A DNA stretch of 64,000 bases. It comes from Lingula anatina. Its lineage: Eukaryota > Animalia > Brachiopoda. The stretch lies in the NCBI GenBank assembly GCA_051362555.1, contig CM120647.1:9114001-9178000 (forward strand), given 5' to 3'. The notes beneath the pieces were generated by a model. The model had not been told where the DNA came from and ran no database searches. It worked only from the letters and a program-made list of their open reading frames with translations. This document shows, one piece after another, positions 24,365 through 37,509 of the stretch. The translations under genes and the position numbers were made by a program. How positions within the stretch are numbered: the first letter of the stretch is position 1; every line of letters begins with the position of its first letter.

Positions 24365-25190
24365 GCTCCCATTGGTGGTTGTAAAATGTATTAATTATTT
24401 TCATTGGATAAAATGTATCAGTTATTTTCATTGGATGTAGCTAGGCTTACATTTGTGTTCTTAAAATGTATCAATAATTTTCATTGGATGTAGCTTGGCT
24501 CCAATTTGTGGTGTAAAAATTATCTGTTATTTTCATTGGATGTTGTAAACTGTGTACAAGGTTATTGGTTAAGATGGAAGGTGTAACCTAGGTTTTATTT
24601 GGATGTCAGTAAGAATATAGAAACTGGGGATTTTCCAGTATGACTGTCATAATAAAAATTTAAAAAATCTAAAACTGAAAATGAGTTAACTTTATAGATC
24701 AAAGTATTTTCAACAATTAACTTGGTGATAAAGGGGAATACACTGAAGTTTTAAGGATTATCAGTGCATTTTTTTGCAATCAGTTGATTGACTGTATTAT
24801 CAAGTTGGACTGAAATTATAAGCAAATTTTGATTTGATTACCATACGTAATACTTCACTGGGAAGCAGTAAATGTCAATTTCATACCCAAACGGGGTTAT
24901 TGGTAAACATACTTTGTTGAAATAAAGCTAAATTTTTTCATATTTCCTAATTTTTTCATATATGCTGATTATTTCACTCTTTAGAGTCCAAGTTGTGCTG
25001 GTACATATCCTTATTCTGGCTAAAGCATGAGTTCTTAAATATAGAAATGTTTATATTAGATTTAATACAAAAATCTTGTATCGGTGTCCGGCAAAGTTAC
25101 CAAGCAGTTAGCTGTAAGAAATGAAAACAACTTAACTAAAGCTTTTGCGACAGTTTTATTTGCATGAAGTAAGATGCCCCGATCACTTAA

Positions 25191-25529
25191 AGGGATAATA
25201 ACTCTTCATTTTGGCTAAAAAATGAATTTTCTTGGAGTAAACAACAATTTTCCCATACTTACCAATGGTTCATGAATCCATTTTTACATTCAAAGTTAGT
25301 CCCTGTTTTTCTTTTCTAAAAAGTTTGGTTTTTTGTTAGAATCTCTTGAGAGATTATAACAGAGTACAACCATCAATGGAAGTCACGTGATCTGAAGACG
25401 AGCTCAGATATCAGAATATTAGCTATAACTGCTGTTTTTGTGGTAAAACGGAATGTATTATATTTCTTTGAGTTGTTCACAATGTTTTTATTGTGAAATA
25501 AAGATATTATACGAAGAGGTATTATCCCT
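25191..25529. mobile_element. Kolobok-like MITE
   Basis: TIRs AGGGATAATAACTCTTC / GAAGAGGTATTATCCCT flanked by TTAA on both sides. Relatives at ~43960-44277 and 49691-50148. Confidence 0.75.
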
Positions 25530-25844
25530 TTAAATGGCAAAAAACGTACTGGTAACCTTAGGAAGGTAACTACAAACAAAACTATGCCTTATATGAACCT
25601 TAAAAAATCTAATTAATATGTCATGAACCACCACGTTAAGCCATCAGGCCAACTTATGATAAAATCAGTTAACCAAACTACCTTTAATTCCCACACCACA
25701 CTAATATATGAAAGTTAACATCCCATTTGCAATTGCTCTCTAAAAAAACACCCCAAGAGGTTAGAATACATCCCATGTACATATCTGTATATAATAGTAC
25801 TTTGGTTACAATAGTTCCATAAAGAAAAATGGAATGAGTATATA

Positions 25845-27879
25845 ACTAGAGGATCAGAGAGGCGATACCGCCTCCAGATATTGTACCACCAGCTGGAGTA
25901 AGCGCATTCGTATGGACCCCCCCCCCCCCCTCCTAAAAGGGACACCATCACCAGTCTGGTGTTTGACAAGCTCTATAAGATGCAATCAACAAGAGTTCTC
26001 AAAATATGCAAAAAATATAACTAAAAATGATACAATCAAGCAGATTTTCAAATTGACTTGCATTTTCCTACCCTTGCTCACTACTGTATTCTCTAGACAA
26101 AAGGCCTATTGGTTTTCCTTGAAATGTGTTGTCAATGGTGCATATATGCTGACAAAAGAGAAAACCTAGGGGAAACAATGGGCACATCTCTGCTAGATTT
26201 AAAGATATGAGAGGCAAGAAAATATGCAAAGCTCAGTTCATGGTGAAAAAGTAGGTCAAAGGTCAATTTCAATATCATAGTATATGAATTTCTATTCAAG
26301 TTCAATAGCAACCATGGACATTTCTTTGCCAATTTTGCAGATTTAAAGGCCAGAAAACATGCAAAAAGCAGTTCATCATAAAAAGTAGGTCAAAGGTCAA
26401 TTTCAAGGTCACAGATTGCCAGTGTATTACTTCCTATTCAAGTTCAATAGTAACTATGGACCTATCTGTCAGTTTTGAAGATAAAGGTGAACGAAAATTT
26501 GCTAAGTTCAGTTCATAGTAAAAGGAAGGTCAAAGGTCAATTTAAAGGTCACAGTAAATTGCCAGTTCATGACTTCCTATTTAAGTTCAATAGTAACTAT
26601 GGACCTATCTCTGCCAGTTTTGGAGATTAAAGGGAACAAAAATTGGCAAAGTTCAATTCATGGTGAAAAGTAGGTCAAAGGTCAATTTTAAGGTCACTGA
26701 TTAATTGCCAGTATGTGACTTCCTATTCAAGTTTAATAGTGACTATGGACCTATCTCTGCCAGTTTTGGAGATTAAAGGGAACAAAAATTGGCAAAGTTC
26801 AATTCATGGTGAAAAGTAGGTCAAAGGTCAATTTTAAGGTCACTGTTAAATTGCCAGTATGTGACTTCCTATTCAAGTTCAATAGTAACTATTGACCTAT
26901 CTCTGCCAGTTTTGGAGATAAAAGGGAACAAAAATTTGCAAAGTTCAGTTCATGGTGAAAAGTAGGTCAAAGGTCAATTTCAAGCTCACATCTAGATTGC
27001 AAGTAAATGACTTCCTATTCAACTTAAATAATAACTATTGACCTATCTCTGCCAGTTTTGGAGATATAAGGGACTAAATGTTACAATTCTGAGTTACAAA
27101 AATGTGCCACCACAAAGTACTTTTTAATACAGCATAACACGAAAACCGTATGAAATACAAAAAAACGGAGACCACTCTCAGTGTTGGGCTTTACATGCTC
27201 TACAAAATGCAAAAAAGAACGGGTCCCTAGCATTAACGGTTCCCGAATTAGAGACAGTTTTCATTTTCGGTATTTTATGGCCGCTACTCCTGTGAAAATG
27301 CACCGATTGACCCCAAATTCACAGAGATGAAAGATGACCCAAAGGGTAACACTTTCCAATATAATTATTGGTTAAGTCTGTGTAGTGTCTGAATAACAGT
27401 GCAAATAATATTTTTTTTCGTAAAAAATTTCATTTTTTTGAAAATTTTGGCCCGTTTGACCTTGAAATAAAGGTCAAAGGTCAAATCCAAGGGCATATTT
27501 GAAATCTACACATATGACTTTTGGAAAGCCGTCTGTAGAAAATTTTCCCATAATTCCTTCCGTAGGGTAGATAATTGGCATTGAATTTTCAAAAATTTTG
27601 ACAAGGGTGCATTTCAAGGAGCGTCACGCCCAGGTCAATGTACCGACTGAGACAAAAAAACCTGGGGGTTCAAGTTGAGGTTATATGTGACCTAAATCCA
27701 AGAGATGGGGACAGGGGTCCTTGCGGTCTAGGAGGAGAAGCGGTAACGGTGACCTGTATCCGGCGCCAGTACGCGGAGCCGGCGGAGCTTACGGAGCCGG
27801 CGGAGCCGGCGGAGCCGGACGAGACGGGTCGGGACTAAAACCATGAGTACCGCCAGCGTACACGCTGGTGGTACTAATG
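25845..27879 (-). mobile_element. Helentron-type non-autonomous element (HINE) with ~146-bp internal satellite
   Basis: One end has GTACCGCCAGCGTACACGCTGGTGGTAC next to a (GCCGGCGGA)n microsatellite. The other end has the matching GTACCACCAGC plus the hairpin GAGGCGATACCGCCTC. Tandem 143-146-bp units carrying AGGTCAAAGGTCA run from ~26200 to 27075. Confidence 0.75.
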
Positions 27880-27936
27880 ATGTTCAATAAAACCAAGATA
27901 GGGATCAGCTGTGTGAAGTTGAGAGGAAAACTGAGC

Positions 27937-28152
27937 CAGGCCCGTAGCCAGAAAATTCAAAAGGGGGGTTCTTTTTCTGAAAAAGTGGACCTTTTACAAT
28001 GAAACTGAAGTGTACCTAGATCAAAATTTACCCAAAATGGACCTTTTCCTGACAAAAGGGGGGGTTCGAAAGAATCGCCCCTTTTGTCAGGAAAAGGACC
28101 TTTTCCTGACAAAAGGGGCGATTCTTTCGAACCCCCCCTGGCTACGGGCCTG
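27937..28152. mobile_element. hAT-like MITE (CAGGCCCGTAGCCAG...CTGGCTACGGGCCTG)
   Basis: 15-bp TIRs and near-identical 5-bp flanks TGAGC/TGAGG. Partial relatives at ~30660-30801, 46600-46760, 55895-56040 and 56410-56530. Confidence 0.75.
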
Positions 28153-28327
28153 TGAGGTAATGATGTTGTATGACGATAATATTCAAGCAAGCTGCGACAG
28201 TTTTTCACCCATGTTTTTTTATTTTTTTGTTATTTTCAATCACACCACCGACTAATATTCACTGAACGAAATATATATATATTCTAAGCAGACCACCATC
28301 AAATGATGTTTTGTCAAAGGCCCGTTT

Positions 28328-30981
28328 TCATTCCAAAGAACCCAATTCCTGTGTTTCTTCTGTAAAAAAATAAGGAAGAAAAACAAAAAAAAAATGACAT
28401 TTTAGCGTAACAAAGGTAAAATGATAAAAAACGACACAATCATGAAAAAGTGCACCAATAGAAGATATCATAAAGGATGCCAGGAGGAGTAACAAAATCA
28501 GCTTTAAACAGGTAAATCATGATGTACATTAAGATACAATGAAAAAAAATGTTTGTTTTATTAGCTGTTTTCCACAGTTAAAGATATGCACTTGTTTCTT
28601 GCCAAACACACACACACACACACACATACACACACACACACACGTTTATATGGCGAGTATAGCAATTGAAATATAAATATAACTAAAATACACACTTACC
28701 CACTACCACAAGTGTATCACATTGGTACGGCCCAGGGCACCTGAAAACATTTTATATAAGCCTATGTATACAGAGAAGAATATCATTATGTTTACCACTT
28801 AATTTCCGTTTTCTTTTATCATTAGCATTATTTTTGACATTTAATATGTATATATATTTAATCACTACTTGTATATTTTTATATTTTGCACTCTACATTT
28901 GTATAATTGTGTTTTATCAACTAATCCATTTTTCTCATGACCAAAACGATACCATTCCTGGCCCCAGTTTCACAAAAAAATCTGAAGTCCGATTCCCTGG
29001 CTGAGGACTTAATTACCAAAGTTACATAGTCACATTTTACCCTATCAGGAGCAGTGTTACAGCAATCTCATGGAAATCCTAGCCAACTAAGCCAGGGAAC
29101 TGATTTAAGTATTTATGTGAAAGTGGGGCCTTGTATGAGTCTTGACTTACTTATTAATGTCATAGGCTTGATAGCAAAGCAGGGTATATCCCAGCTGCTG
29201 AGAGGTCGGAGTCCACATTACGGTCACTGTGTAAGAGCTGTTATCTGTAGGAACCATATGGTCCACAATGGAACCAACCGGCTGAGTGACGTTGATGGAA
29301 CGGATTCTACATTGGTGAAATGAACTTTATGTCCAAACTGACTTAATTTGCTCTGGTACATCGTTAAAAGAGCGAAAAGAAGAGGTAAGGTTTAGGAGAA
29401 ATGTAGCTTATCTCATAGAAAAAATCATTTGACAAGTAAGACCTAGGGAAAATTCTAAACAGGTAAAACAAAAGAAACACAGATTTCTAACTACCCTCAA
29501 TAAGAATGAGAGAAGCTTGCAGAAGGAATATATATTTAAGTGTTCAAAATCAAATGGAATAAAACGGCAGCTAGCCCTAGACACTCAAAGAGCCAACAGC
29601 CAGAATACGTGGTATAGGCACTGTAATCACACAACATTCACACAAAATTATACATTTTCAACAAGAAAAAGTTGAGTTTATGTATAGGTTTTTTTATAGG
29701 GGGGGGAGGGGTAATAAATATGACAAAATGCATATAAGGAGTTAACGCTTGGTATTCGCGTGGTATAACAGTAAGACAAAGTCAAGTGACTTGCTTATAA
29801 ATAGACATACCCGCCTTCGGAAGTTGCTATTATTTGTTTCTCGTAATTCTTTCCAACAGGTATGACGTCCGTCACTGAAGAATTCCTAAATTTTGGGCGG
29901 TCTTTGCAAATGCAGCCATCCTTTCTCTGTGCGACATACTGGAATGTCCAAAAAATCATTTTTAGGGACCAACTGCTCTATAAATGGTGGTTTCAGTTGA
30001 GCACAGTTGGCAATTCACCCCACCCCACCCCCCCTTTAAGCCTCAGCAGTAGCCTTATCTTCATAAAATGTATTAAACATAAAACGTAAAGGTATACTTG
30101 TGCTACATATCACAACTTGTTAAATAATAATAACATACCTTTAAACTGAAATATTCGATATTAAATTCCCAGTCTGAATATAGCGCTATACTATGGATAA
30201 CACTATCCTTTCGATAAAATAGAAAATAGTTAATACATGTAGGCATACATGTAGGCCTACTCTGGACAGTTATCCTGAGTAAAACAGCCTTTTTAACCAC
30301 TGGAAAGCAATATCAGTGACAAAAATAAGTATCTAGTGCTTAGTAAACATTACTTACCCACAGGATAATTGCCCAGCGGATAACGATTTTATCTAATGGA
30401 TAGTAGTATCCAGAGGATGGGCCCAAGTGTTTATAGCTTATTTATATTCCTCTTACCTGCAATGGGACCTTTGACAAAGGAGTTGTTCCGTTTTTCGCCA
30501 CGCCACCCTGTGTTATATCTGTTTTCGGGAAATCTTCCAGCATTATTGCAACGGCGTAAAACTTGTATCTCCCAACTTGGTAAGCATCGTGGGCAGAAGC
30601 AGGGATGACGAGTGTACAGTTCTAAAATAAAAGGAAACAAGTTTTCTACCAAACCGATGCAAGCGAACCGTCCTTTTTGCTGGGAAAAGGTCCCTTAATT
30701 CTTGGTAAAATTTTATCTAGGAACACGCTGGCTTCATATTAAAAGATCTACTTTTTTCCAGAAAAAGAACCCCTTTTTGAAATTTCTGGCTGTGGGCCTG
30801 TATAATAACGGGAACCCAGTCCAAGAGAGACGGAGCTTACGTACTGGAAACAAAGTTGAATTCGGTAGTGGTCCACAGATATTAGCACACTCATCGCCTA
30901 CTGCCCAGCGGCATATGACAGTATCTCCATCTGGATCAGAGTATGGGATGTCGAACCGATAACCGCATGATAACTCCATCC

Positions 30982-31033
<52 letters not shown>

Positions 31034-34000
31034 CTGATTATCTCCATCTGGATCAGAGTATGGGATGTCGAACCGATAACCACATGATAATTCCATCCTA
31101 ATAATAATAATAATAATAATAATAGTAATAATAATAATAATAAACTGATTATCCTAATATATTCAATATAGATTAGAAACCAACTTTGCGAGCAGTTGTA
31201 ATAAATGCATGTTAAAGCATGTTTAAAAAATATAGGCCTACTGAGTTAATCTGATAAGCAATAACTTCAAAAGATTTACTATCATGAAATTTATCTAAGT
31301 GTCAATGCGATTGTGAGGTTTTCTTTTACATTTTGGACTGACTAATACCGAGATTTAATTGCTCTTCCCCTGTTGGGATGGGACATGAAGTGTGAAGCGG
31401 GAATCCATTGTCAATTGGGCGCCATATTTGATCCGTGCACTAGTAGTAAAAGCGGCCTAACAGAAACGGACCTATCGTTTGAAGTCTCATTCGGATTAAA
31501 AACTCCATAAAATTCCAATCAGAATGCTTTTAATTCCATTTAATTTTCCATTATATCTCGAATTTCCCAATGTTAACACTTAGGGAGCATTCACATCGAG
31601 AATAGCCGAGGTCTCGTAAGGCCTCGACCTAAATATGGCGGACCTACATGAAAAAAAGACCACTTATCCTGTTAATTCTCACCAATTCTCACAGTAATTA
31701 AATCTCAGCTCAATTCAACCGGTCGAGGGACAACGCGTGGGGGGGGGGGGGGGGGGCGTGTGAGAGGCGGAGAGACCATTAAAAGATTAGCAGTCTTCCT
31801 TTCATGTAGGTCCGCCATATTTAGGTCGCGGCCTCACTAGACCTCGGCTATTCTCGATGTGAATGCTCCCTTACATATCAATACTTACTGAACGATTGGG
31901 AGACTTGACGTTATGGGGCTTGCATTTGGCTTTCCCGTGTCGCTTCGATAACCGCCATTATATTCGGTTATAACTGCATATTTAGGTCTTACATTTCTTC
32001 CCGTATGTACATCTACAGCCAGCCGGCAACAGTCTTGATATCTGAGAAATGATTTTAAAATAAAGTAATTACTTAGTCTTTTCAATGGGGCAAAAACTGA
32101 AATTTTCGGATACTGTTTATTTGAGTCGTACGTTCTTATAATTAGAACATTCCTATTAAGTGGTGGTGGTAACAAATTTTAAAAGAATACTACTCTTTAG
32201 TTCTATTATATGCAGTTAGCACTACAAATGCTACATAGAAATAAAATTTTGGTGATTATGAAATTATGTACCTGAAAATTTGATTTTTTTTTACCTATCG
32301 AAAAGATCGAGTAATTGCCGTACACATCATGAGTAAAGTGAATACATGTACCTATTTCATTATAAACAAAAATGTCTAATTGGTATTTTTGATTATTTTA
32401 TTATTGGCTATTCATTGAACAACTCATATGTGTCTATACTGTGTGTATACTGTCCCTCTTTTAAAAAGATGTGTTTGTGTTAAAAATGTTCGTCAGGATT
32501 CTTTTAGGTGTGGATAGAGGGGCGAAAGCAAATTACCGGTTTATGCCCCTATTTCACACACACCACGAATTCCACAAATCGCCAGGAATTGACAAATTTC
32601 AGGATTCATGGTTGAATCGTAATCAGTTCGTGAAGTTCTTAACAGATTCGTATATATTCGTAGTCAGTTCTTGCAATTCTTGATCAATCACGAACTGATT
32701 ACGATTCAACCACGAATCCTGAAAGTTGTCAATTCCTGGCGATTCGTGAGATTCTTGGTCTGTATGAAATAGAGGCATAACGTGTAGACAGGGTTACAAA
32801 TTATGCACGAGGCTGTATTTTGGGCATGATGGGGATGGGGGTGTCAGCAAGCAAAAATAGACTTACCTAAACTGAAACACACCAGGGTCTGGGAGAGTAT
32901 TCACGAATACATTGTACCCTTGTTGCCAATTGTAAATTTTGTCTATGCCTGTGACGTAGTATCCTAGGTCAATAATGTTTGTTACGGATCCATTTCCTAA
33001 TGTTAAAAATGAAGGAAAAAATATGGGCAGATTCAGAACAAGTTGATCCGCGGACTAACAGACCCGAGGATCAAATATGGCGCCACCCACTTGAAAGCAT
33101 GCCCAGATTTAATTGCTCTGCCCCTGCTGGGATAGTGCGCTTGGGAGGCGGGAATGCATTGTCGAGCGCGCGCCATATTTAACTAAAATTCCTATAGAGT
33201 CCTGTAGGATCCCTATGGGAAGTCTTAAGCGGCATCCACAACAGCGGACTAACTAGTCCGCGGATCAAATGTGGCGACCCACATAAAAGCTTGACGAATA
33301 ATTCCCTAATAGACACTGAATAGAATTTCCGGTGATTACGCAAAAAAACATTCAAAAGGATTGGCCGTATCTGATCCGCGGACGAGTTAGTCCACTGTTG
33401 TGAATGCAGCCATATATGGAATTTTCGTAAGGGTTAAGGGTTTACTGTGACGTTACTTATTCGAACTCTGCTTTAACATAAACTGCACTTAGTAATACGT
33501 CCATGCTTGCTTAATTGGGAGCATCAGCACTTTTACTAACCAGAAACGCGCTGCCATTTTCCTTTATATGGTGCAGTAAGATTGCCTATATCATCCTCTG
33601 TGCAGGGATATTTACATGGCCCAATCGTTAAGCGCCACCCAGTTCGCCAAGAGCACAGTACCTGGTAAAACGAAAGCAAAGACAATTCTGAATAAGGCTG
33701 GTCGAAAAATAATATTTATTCTCGATGTTTTTCAAACCGATGTAACAAGAATGGAAGTCATAGGAATGGAAGTCCGGGCTCCCATATGATTAGTATAGGT
33801 TAGGGTTCATTGGAGTTTTGGGGTTAGTATATGGGACGAATGTCACCTGTACAAAGTAATTGGAAGCAGACTACTGTTCCTAGCGGACTTCCATTCCTGT
33901 TACACTGGCAATCTCAAAATACATATAAATTAACACACATACAAACATGTAATTTCAAGACAGTCCAAACGTCGTGCAGTATATTACATGTTCCCGGAGA

Positions 34001-35387
34001 GACGAAATATCGCAAAATCCAGCGAACTTCAAACCTCGCTTTTGTGCGCCCTATGGGCCGTAGTAGGAGAAGTAGCAATAGTTAGTAGTAGTAGCACGTC
34101 CATGTTTCTTCGTCATCCAGTCGTGACATATCACATAAATCGAATATCTAAAGAAACATACCCTAAAATTGTATTTGCATTTGTATACGGTAGTTTGCAT
34201 TTAAGTGCAATATGATCCAAGAAATTCAGGATTTCGCCTTATTTAGGCGATGTTATAGGCTGACTTTTGGCTGACACATGCAAAGAGACTATACTGATCC
34301 TAAGATCAATAACATGCATGTCTCTCATTTTCTTCTGGTGTCAGTTTTACCCGTTGAAGTGTCTGGAGCATCTAAGGGTGCATTCCCAGAGATTTAGATC
34401 GATCCAGGGATTAAGATTTAGATCGACCTAACAAGTTACCCCATTGACCCCCCCCCCCACCCCCACCCTGCGGACGCCCATTAGTGACACCCCTCCTTCT
34501 GGCGTTAAGTAGAATACAGTTCCCAGTTAGTGCAATGTGCGTTATTTAAAATTCACTAATTTTTTATTAATACCCTAAAAGTAAAGTGTACAACTAACCT
34601 GTGTTGCATTTTCGTGATGTGGCCTACAGCTGATTGTGGCGGATTTAAAGTGCCAACCTGAAACGATCTTGATATGATATTTCCGTTGGAGCTTATAGAA
34701 AAAACGGTCGCTGTCATAATCAGTGACCAGTCATTTTTAGCGAAAGTCAGCCTTAATAAATTTCATTAAATGTCGATTCCAGGTGCAGAGAGGGATAAAC
34801 AAATGATTCTAGAGTACGAGAAAATTTCTCATTGTCCCGGGAAAATCTATTTTGGAGGGTAACCTCATGTGGAGTGTACCTTTAAAGCATTCGTGAGCTG
34901 AGAAGTTTGTGTACAGTAGAAGCAGATTTTCCAACGATAAGACTCGTGTTCTTGATATTTAGAGTAGAGAAGGACACAATGTCCTTCAGACCATATGGAA
35001 ATTATTATAGGAATAATTTTCTCAGTTTTGAGTTACTCTCGAAACGTAGAGATTTCACTCGAACATGGTACGATAGTAGCCCTTGTAACCGGTAGTAGCA
35101 CTTATTACGAAAATTTCTGATAGGATCGTTATTACAAAATCTCTGCCACGAATTCCCGATTGATCAAGAATTGCAAGAACTGACTACGAACATATACGAA
35201 TCTGTTAAGAACTTCACGAACTGATTACGATTCAACCACGAATCCTGAAATTTGTCAATTCCTGGCGATTCGTGGGATTCGTGGTCTGTGTTAAATAGGG
35301 GCATAAGGTATAAGTATACATACCAGTCACTGGTCCCTCCATCAGGAACATTGCGATGATACCGATATAGAATTGAAGTGACCACAT
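28328..35387 (-). CDS. Secreted protein of the 'integrin-beta-like / Sib N-terminal-like' family (HFxxxxIxW..CCR..DTGKPNxSP..DPDGD..EDF..PLSxVPLQ) with a C-terminal Ig-like module, 11 exons, ~394 aa
   Basis: Phase-consistent minus-strand exons: 35387-35324, 34657-34599, 33661-33541, 32996-32867, 32041-31889, 30980-30845, 30621-30457, 29938-29811, 29306-29151, 28740-28700, 28359-28328 (1185 nt). Signal peptide MWSLQFYIGIIAMFLMEGPVTG, then WHFKSATISCRP, YQDCCR, RSDTGKPNASPITS, DIPYSDPDGDTVICRWA..ECANIC, YAVAIMLEDF, PLSKVPLQY, VMWTPTSQQLG..LCYQAYD. The family name comes from motif recall, not a search. Confidence 0.85.
28961..29130. mobile_element. Harbinger-like MITE (GGCCCCAGTTTCACAAA...TGTGAAAGTGGGGCC)
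   Basis: Imperfect TIRs with CTG/TTG flanks. A relative lies at ~48137-48330. Confidence 0.6.
30253..30425. mobile_element. Small MITE in an intron of the secreted-protein gene
   Basis: Ends GGCCTACTCTGGACAGTTATCC / GGATAGTAGTATCCAGAGGATGGGCC. Confidence 0.5.
30922..31153. repeat. 117-bp tandem duplication of a splice acceptor + exon start with (TAA)n
   Basis: TATCTCCATCTGGATCAGAGTATGGGATGTCGAACCGATAACC...(TAA)n..AAACTGATTA occurs twice in tandem. Confidence 0.9.
31583..31870. mobile_element. Fold-back Harbinger-like MITE (family A)
   Basis: Perfect long TIR GGGAGCATTCACATCGAGAATAGCCGAGGTCT and TTA TSD. Confidence 0.85.
32541..32779. mobile_element. Fold-back MITE
   Basis: Ends TATGCCCCTATTTCACAC / GTATGAAATAGAGGCATA with long internal inverted arms. 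A partial inverted copy lies at ~35140-35305. Confidence 0.75.
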
Positions 35388-36912
35388 CGTTTATCAATTC
35401 GAATCTGTAATGTAAGATAAAAGGGCAAGACAGTAACTCATGAATGTAGACTTCATAAATGTGATTTTGACAAAATATGTAGCACAAAAAAAAAAAAAAA
35501 AAAAAAAAAATCAGAAAGAGCATACTTCCGCCAAGATAAATAATAAACTAATAATTAATCAGTAATTAATGGATATCATCCCCAAGATCTAATCATTTCT
35601 TCCTTGGTCCATTTCTGACGTATCCTAAAAATATCATAAAAATTCAATACTTTTGACTTAATTAACTCATGATTGAAAATCATTGAATCCATTATTGGGC
35701 CTTCACCTAAATGTAATGAGACCTTTCTTGAACCAAATCTTAGGCTGTATTCCCAGAGCTTTTAGATCGATCTATCCCCGCAGGGAGTCTCACTAGATTA
35801 CTGTCAGATAATCCGGCTTAAATGTCCGTCCCGCCTACTACAAGCTGTAAGGGGGTAATTATCTTTCGTGTCCGCTCGGCTGACAGCTATTTAGCGTGAA
35901 CCCCTAGGGTGTTAGGTCGATCTAAAGTAGATCGATCTAATCTCTGGAAATGGGGTACCGGTCTTACTGTGTCGGTCACTTCCTCCACAGAAGATGGATT
36001 TAGAAGGATAAAAAGCCGCCCGCCTTTGTCTGTAACCTCTGGTACAGTAGTAAATAGTAGATCAGCTCAATTTTATTCTCATTAAATTTAGGCGAGATGT
36101 GAATCTCATCTTCTACCATGTCAATGTGTTCACATTTACTGTGTGTCAGCACAGTCTTGGAGTAGTATACTGTCCTATTTCAATCTTAGACCCCATTCAC
36201 ATAGATTTTAGATCGATCTATCCCTGTGGGGAGTCTCACTAGATTACTGTCAGCTTAGCAGGCTTAAAAGCTGTAAGGGGGTAGTTAACTATGGTGCGCG
36301 CACGGCTGACTGCAATTTAGCGTGAACCCCCAGGGAGTTAGGGCGATCTAAATCTTAATCTCTGGATCGATCTAAATCTCTGGGAATGCACCCTTAAAGG
36401 CATGACCACTGATCCTCATTTTTGCCAAAACTTTGTCATTAGTGGGCCATTAATTTTCAGTCTATGTAAGTCAGGCTCATAATACTATTTAGACTTTCTG
36501 TACTTTTGAAGTCTGTGATTTTTACGGCCGCCCGCATGAAATACAAATAACAGCCTATAGATTTCAGAGCTGTGTATTTCCATTAGCTATCGAAGCAATG
36601 CTGAAAATGATGGTACGTATGCTTTTTGCATGACACCCTATGCACCTAATATTCTCGAGGGTATGATATTCTATATGATCTCATTATGTGAATCGCCACA
36701 ATAAGAACTTTATTACTGACATACATTTATAAATATGAAAGTTGATGCTGGAAAAGTTCAGATGAGTTTGTGAACAATGTCAAAATATATTCGGAGCGAA
36801 GCATACCGTAGTCTCAGACATTTTGCCCCACCCTCCACATGGTCATGTGTACTTTGTATTTAGTAGAAGAATAAAGGTGGCCAGCAAATCCAGTCACCAT
36901 TAATTTTTATTT

Positions 36913-36947
<35 letters not shown>

Positions 36948-37346
36948 TTTGTTTATTTATTGACAAAAAAGTTACAGCTACAGAGACAACATGAGACAGA
37001 GGAGTGAATATCAGTAAAAATATAACAAACGATTAAAATGGATGAGTGGTTTGCAGACTGCGACCTAAATGATACCCCGCATGAAATACAATTAGATAAT
37101 TATAAGTTTAGAACTGTGTGTTTCCATTAGCCGTTAAATTGATGAAAATGATGATTCGCTTTTTGCATGGAATCCCCAGATGCAAAAAGAGAATAATTTT
37201 ATTGAATACATAGCATTCTATAATAGCTCACTGTTTATTTGCATCAAATTGTGAATGACCATATAAAGAAACTTAGTATTGACATACACTTAAGAAATTT
37301 GATGCTGGCAAAGTTAATTCAGATGAATATGTTAACTAAGTCTAAA

Positions 37347-37509
37347 CAGGGGCGGATTTAGGCCGTCCTCTGGGTCTTCCGAAAGACGGTCAGTTAAGTT
37401 TACATTGAGGGGTATTTCATTTTTCTGTCGAATGACGTTCAAAAATGGAGGATGGATCAACAAAGACAATTTGGAAGACTGTCAGAAAATATCTCTGGCT
37501 CCGCCCCTG
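37347..37509. mobile_element. hAT-like MITE (CAGGGGCGGA...TCCGCCCCTG)
   Basis: 10-bp TIR and 5-bp TSD CTAAA. The paralogous repeat unit at ~36779-36815 shows the empty site. Confidence 0.8.

Noticed and set aside
30358-30436. Extra exon of the secreted-protein gene (GTAAGT donor present)
   Set aside because: It lies inside a MITE, the upstream intron would be too short, and the flanking exons join in phase without it.
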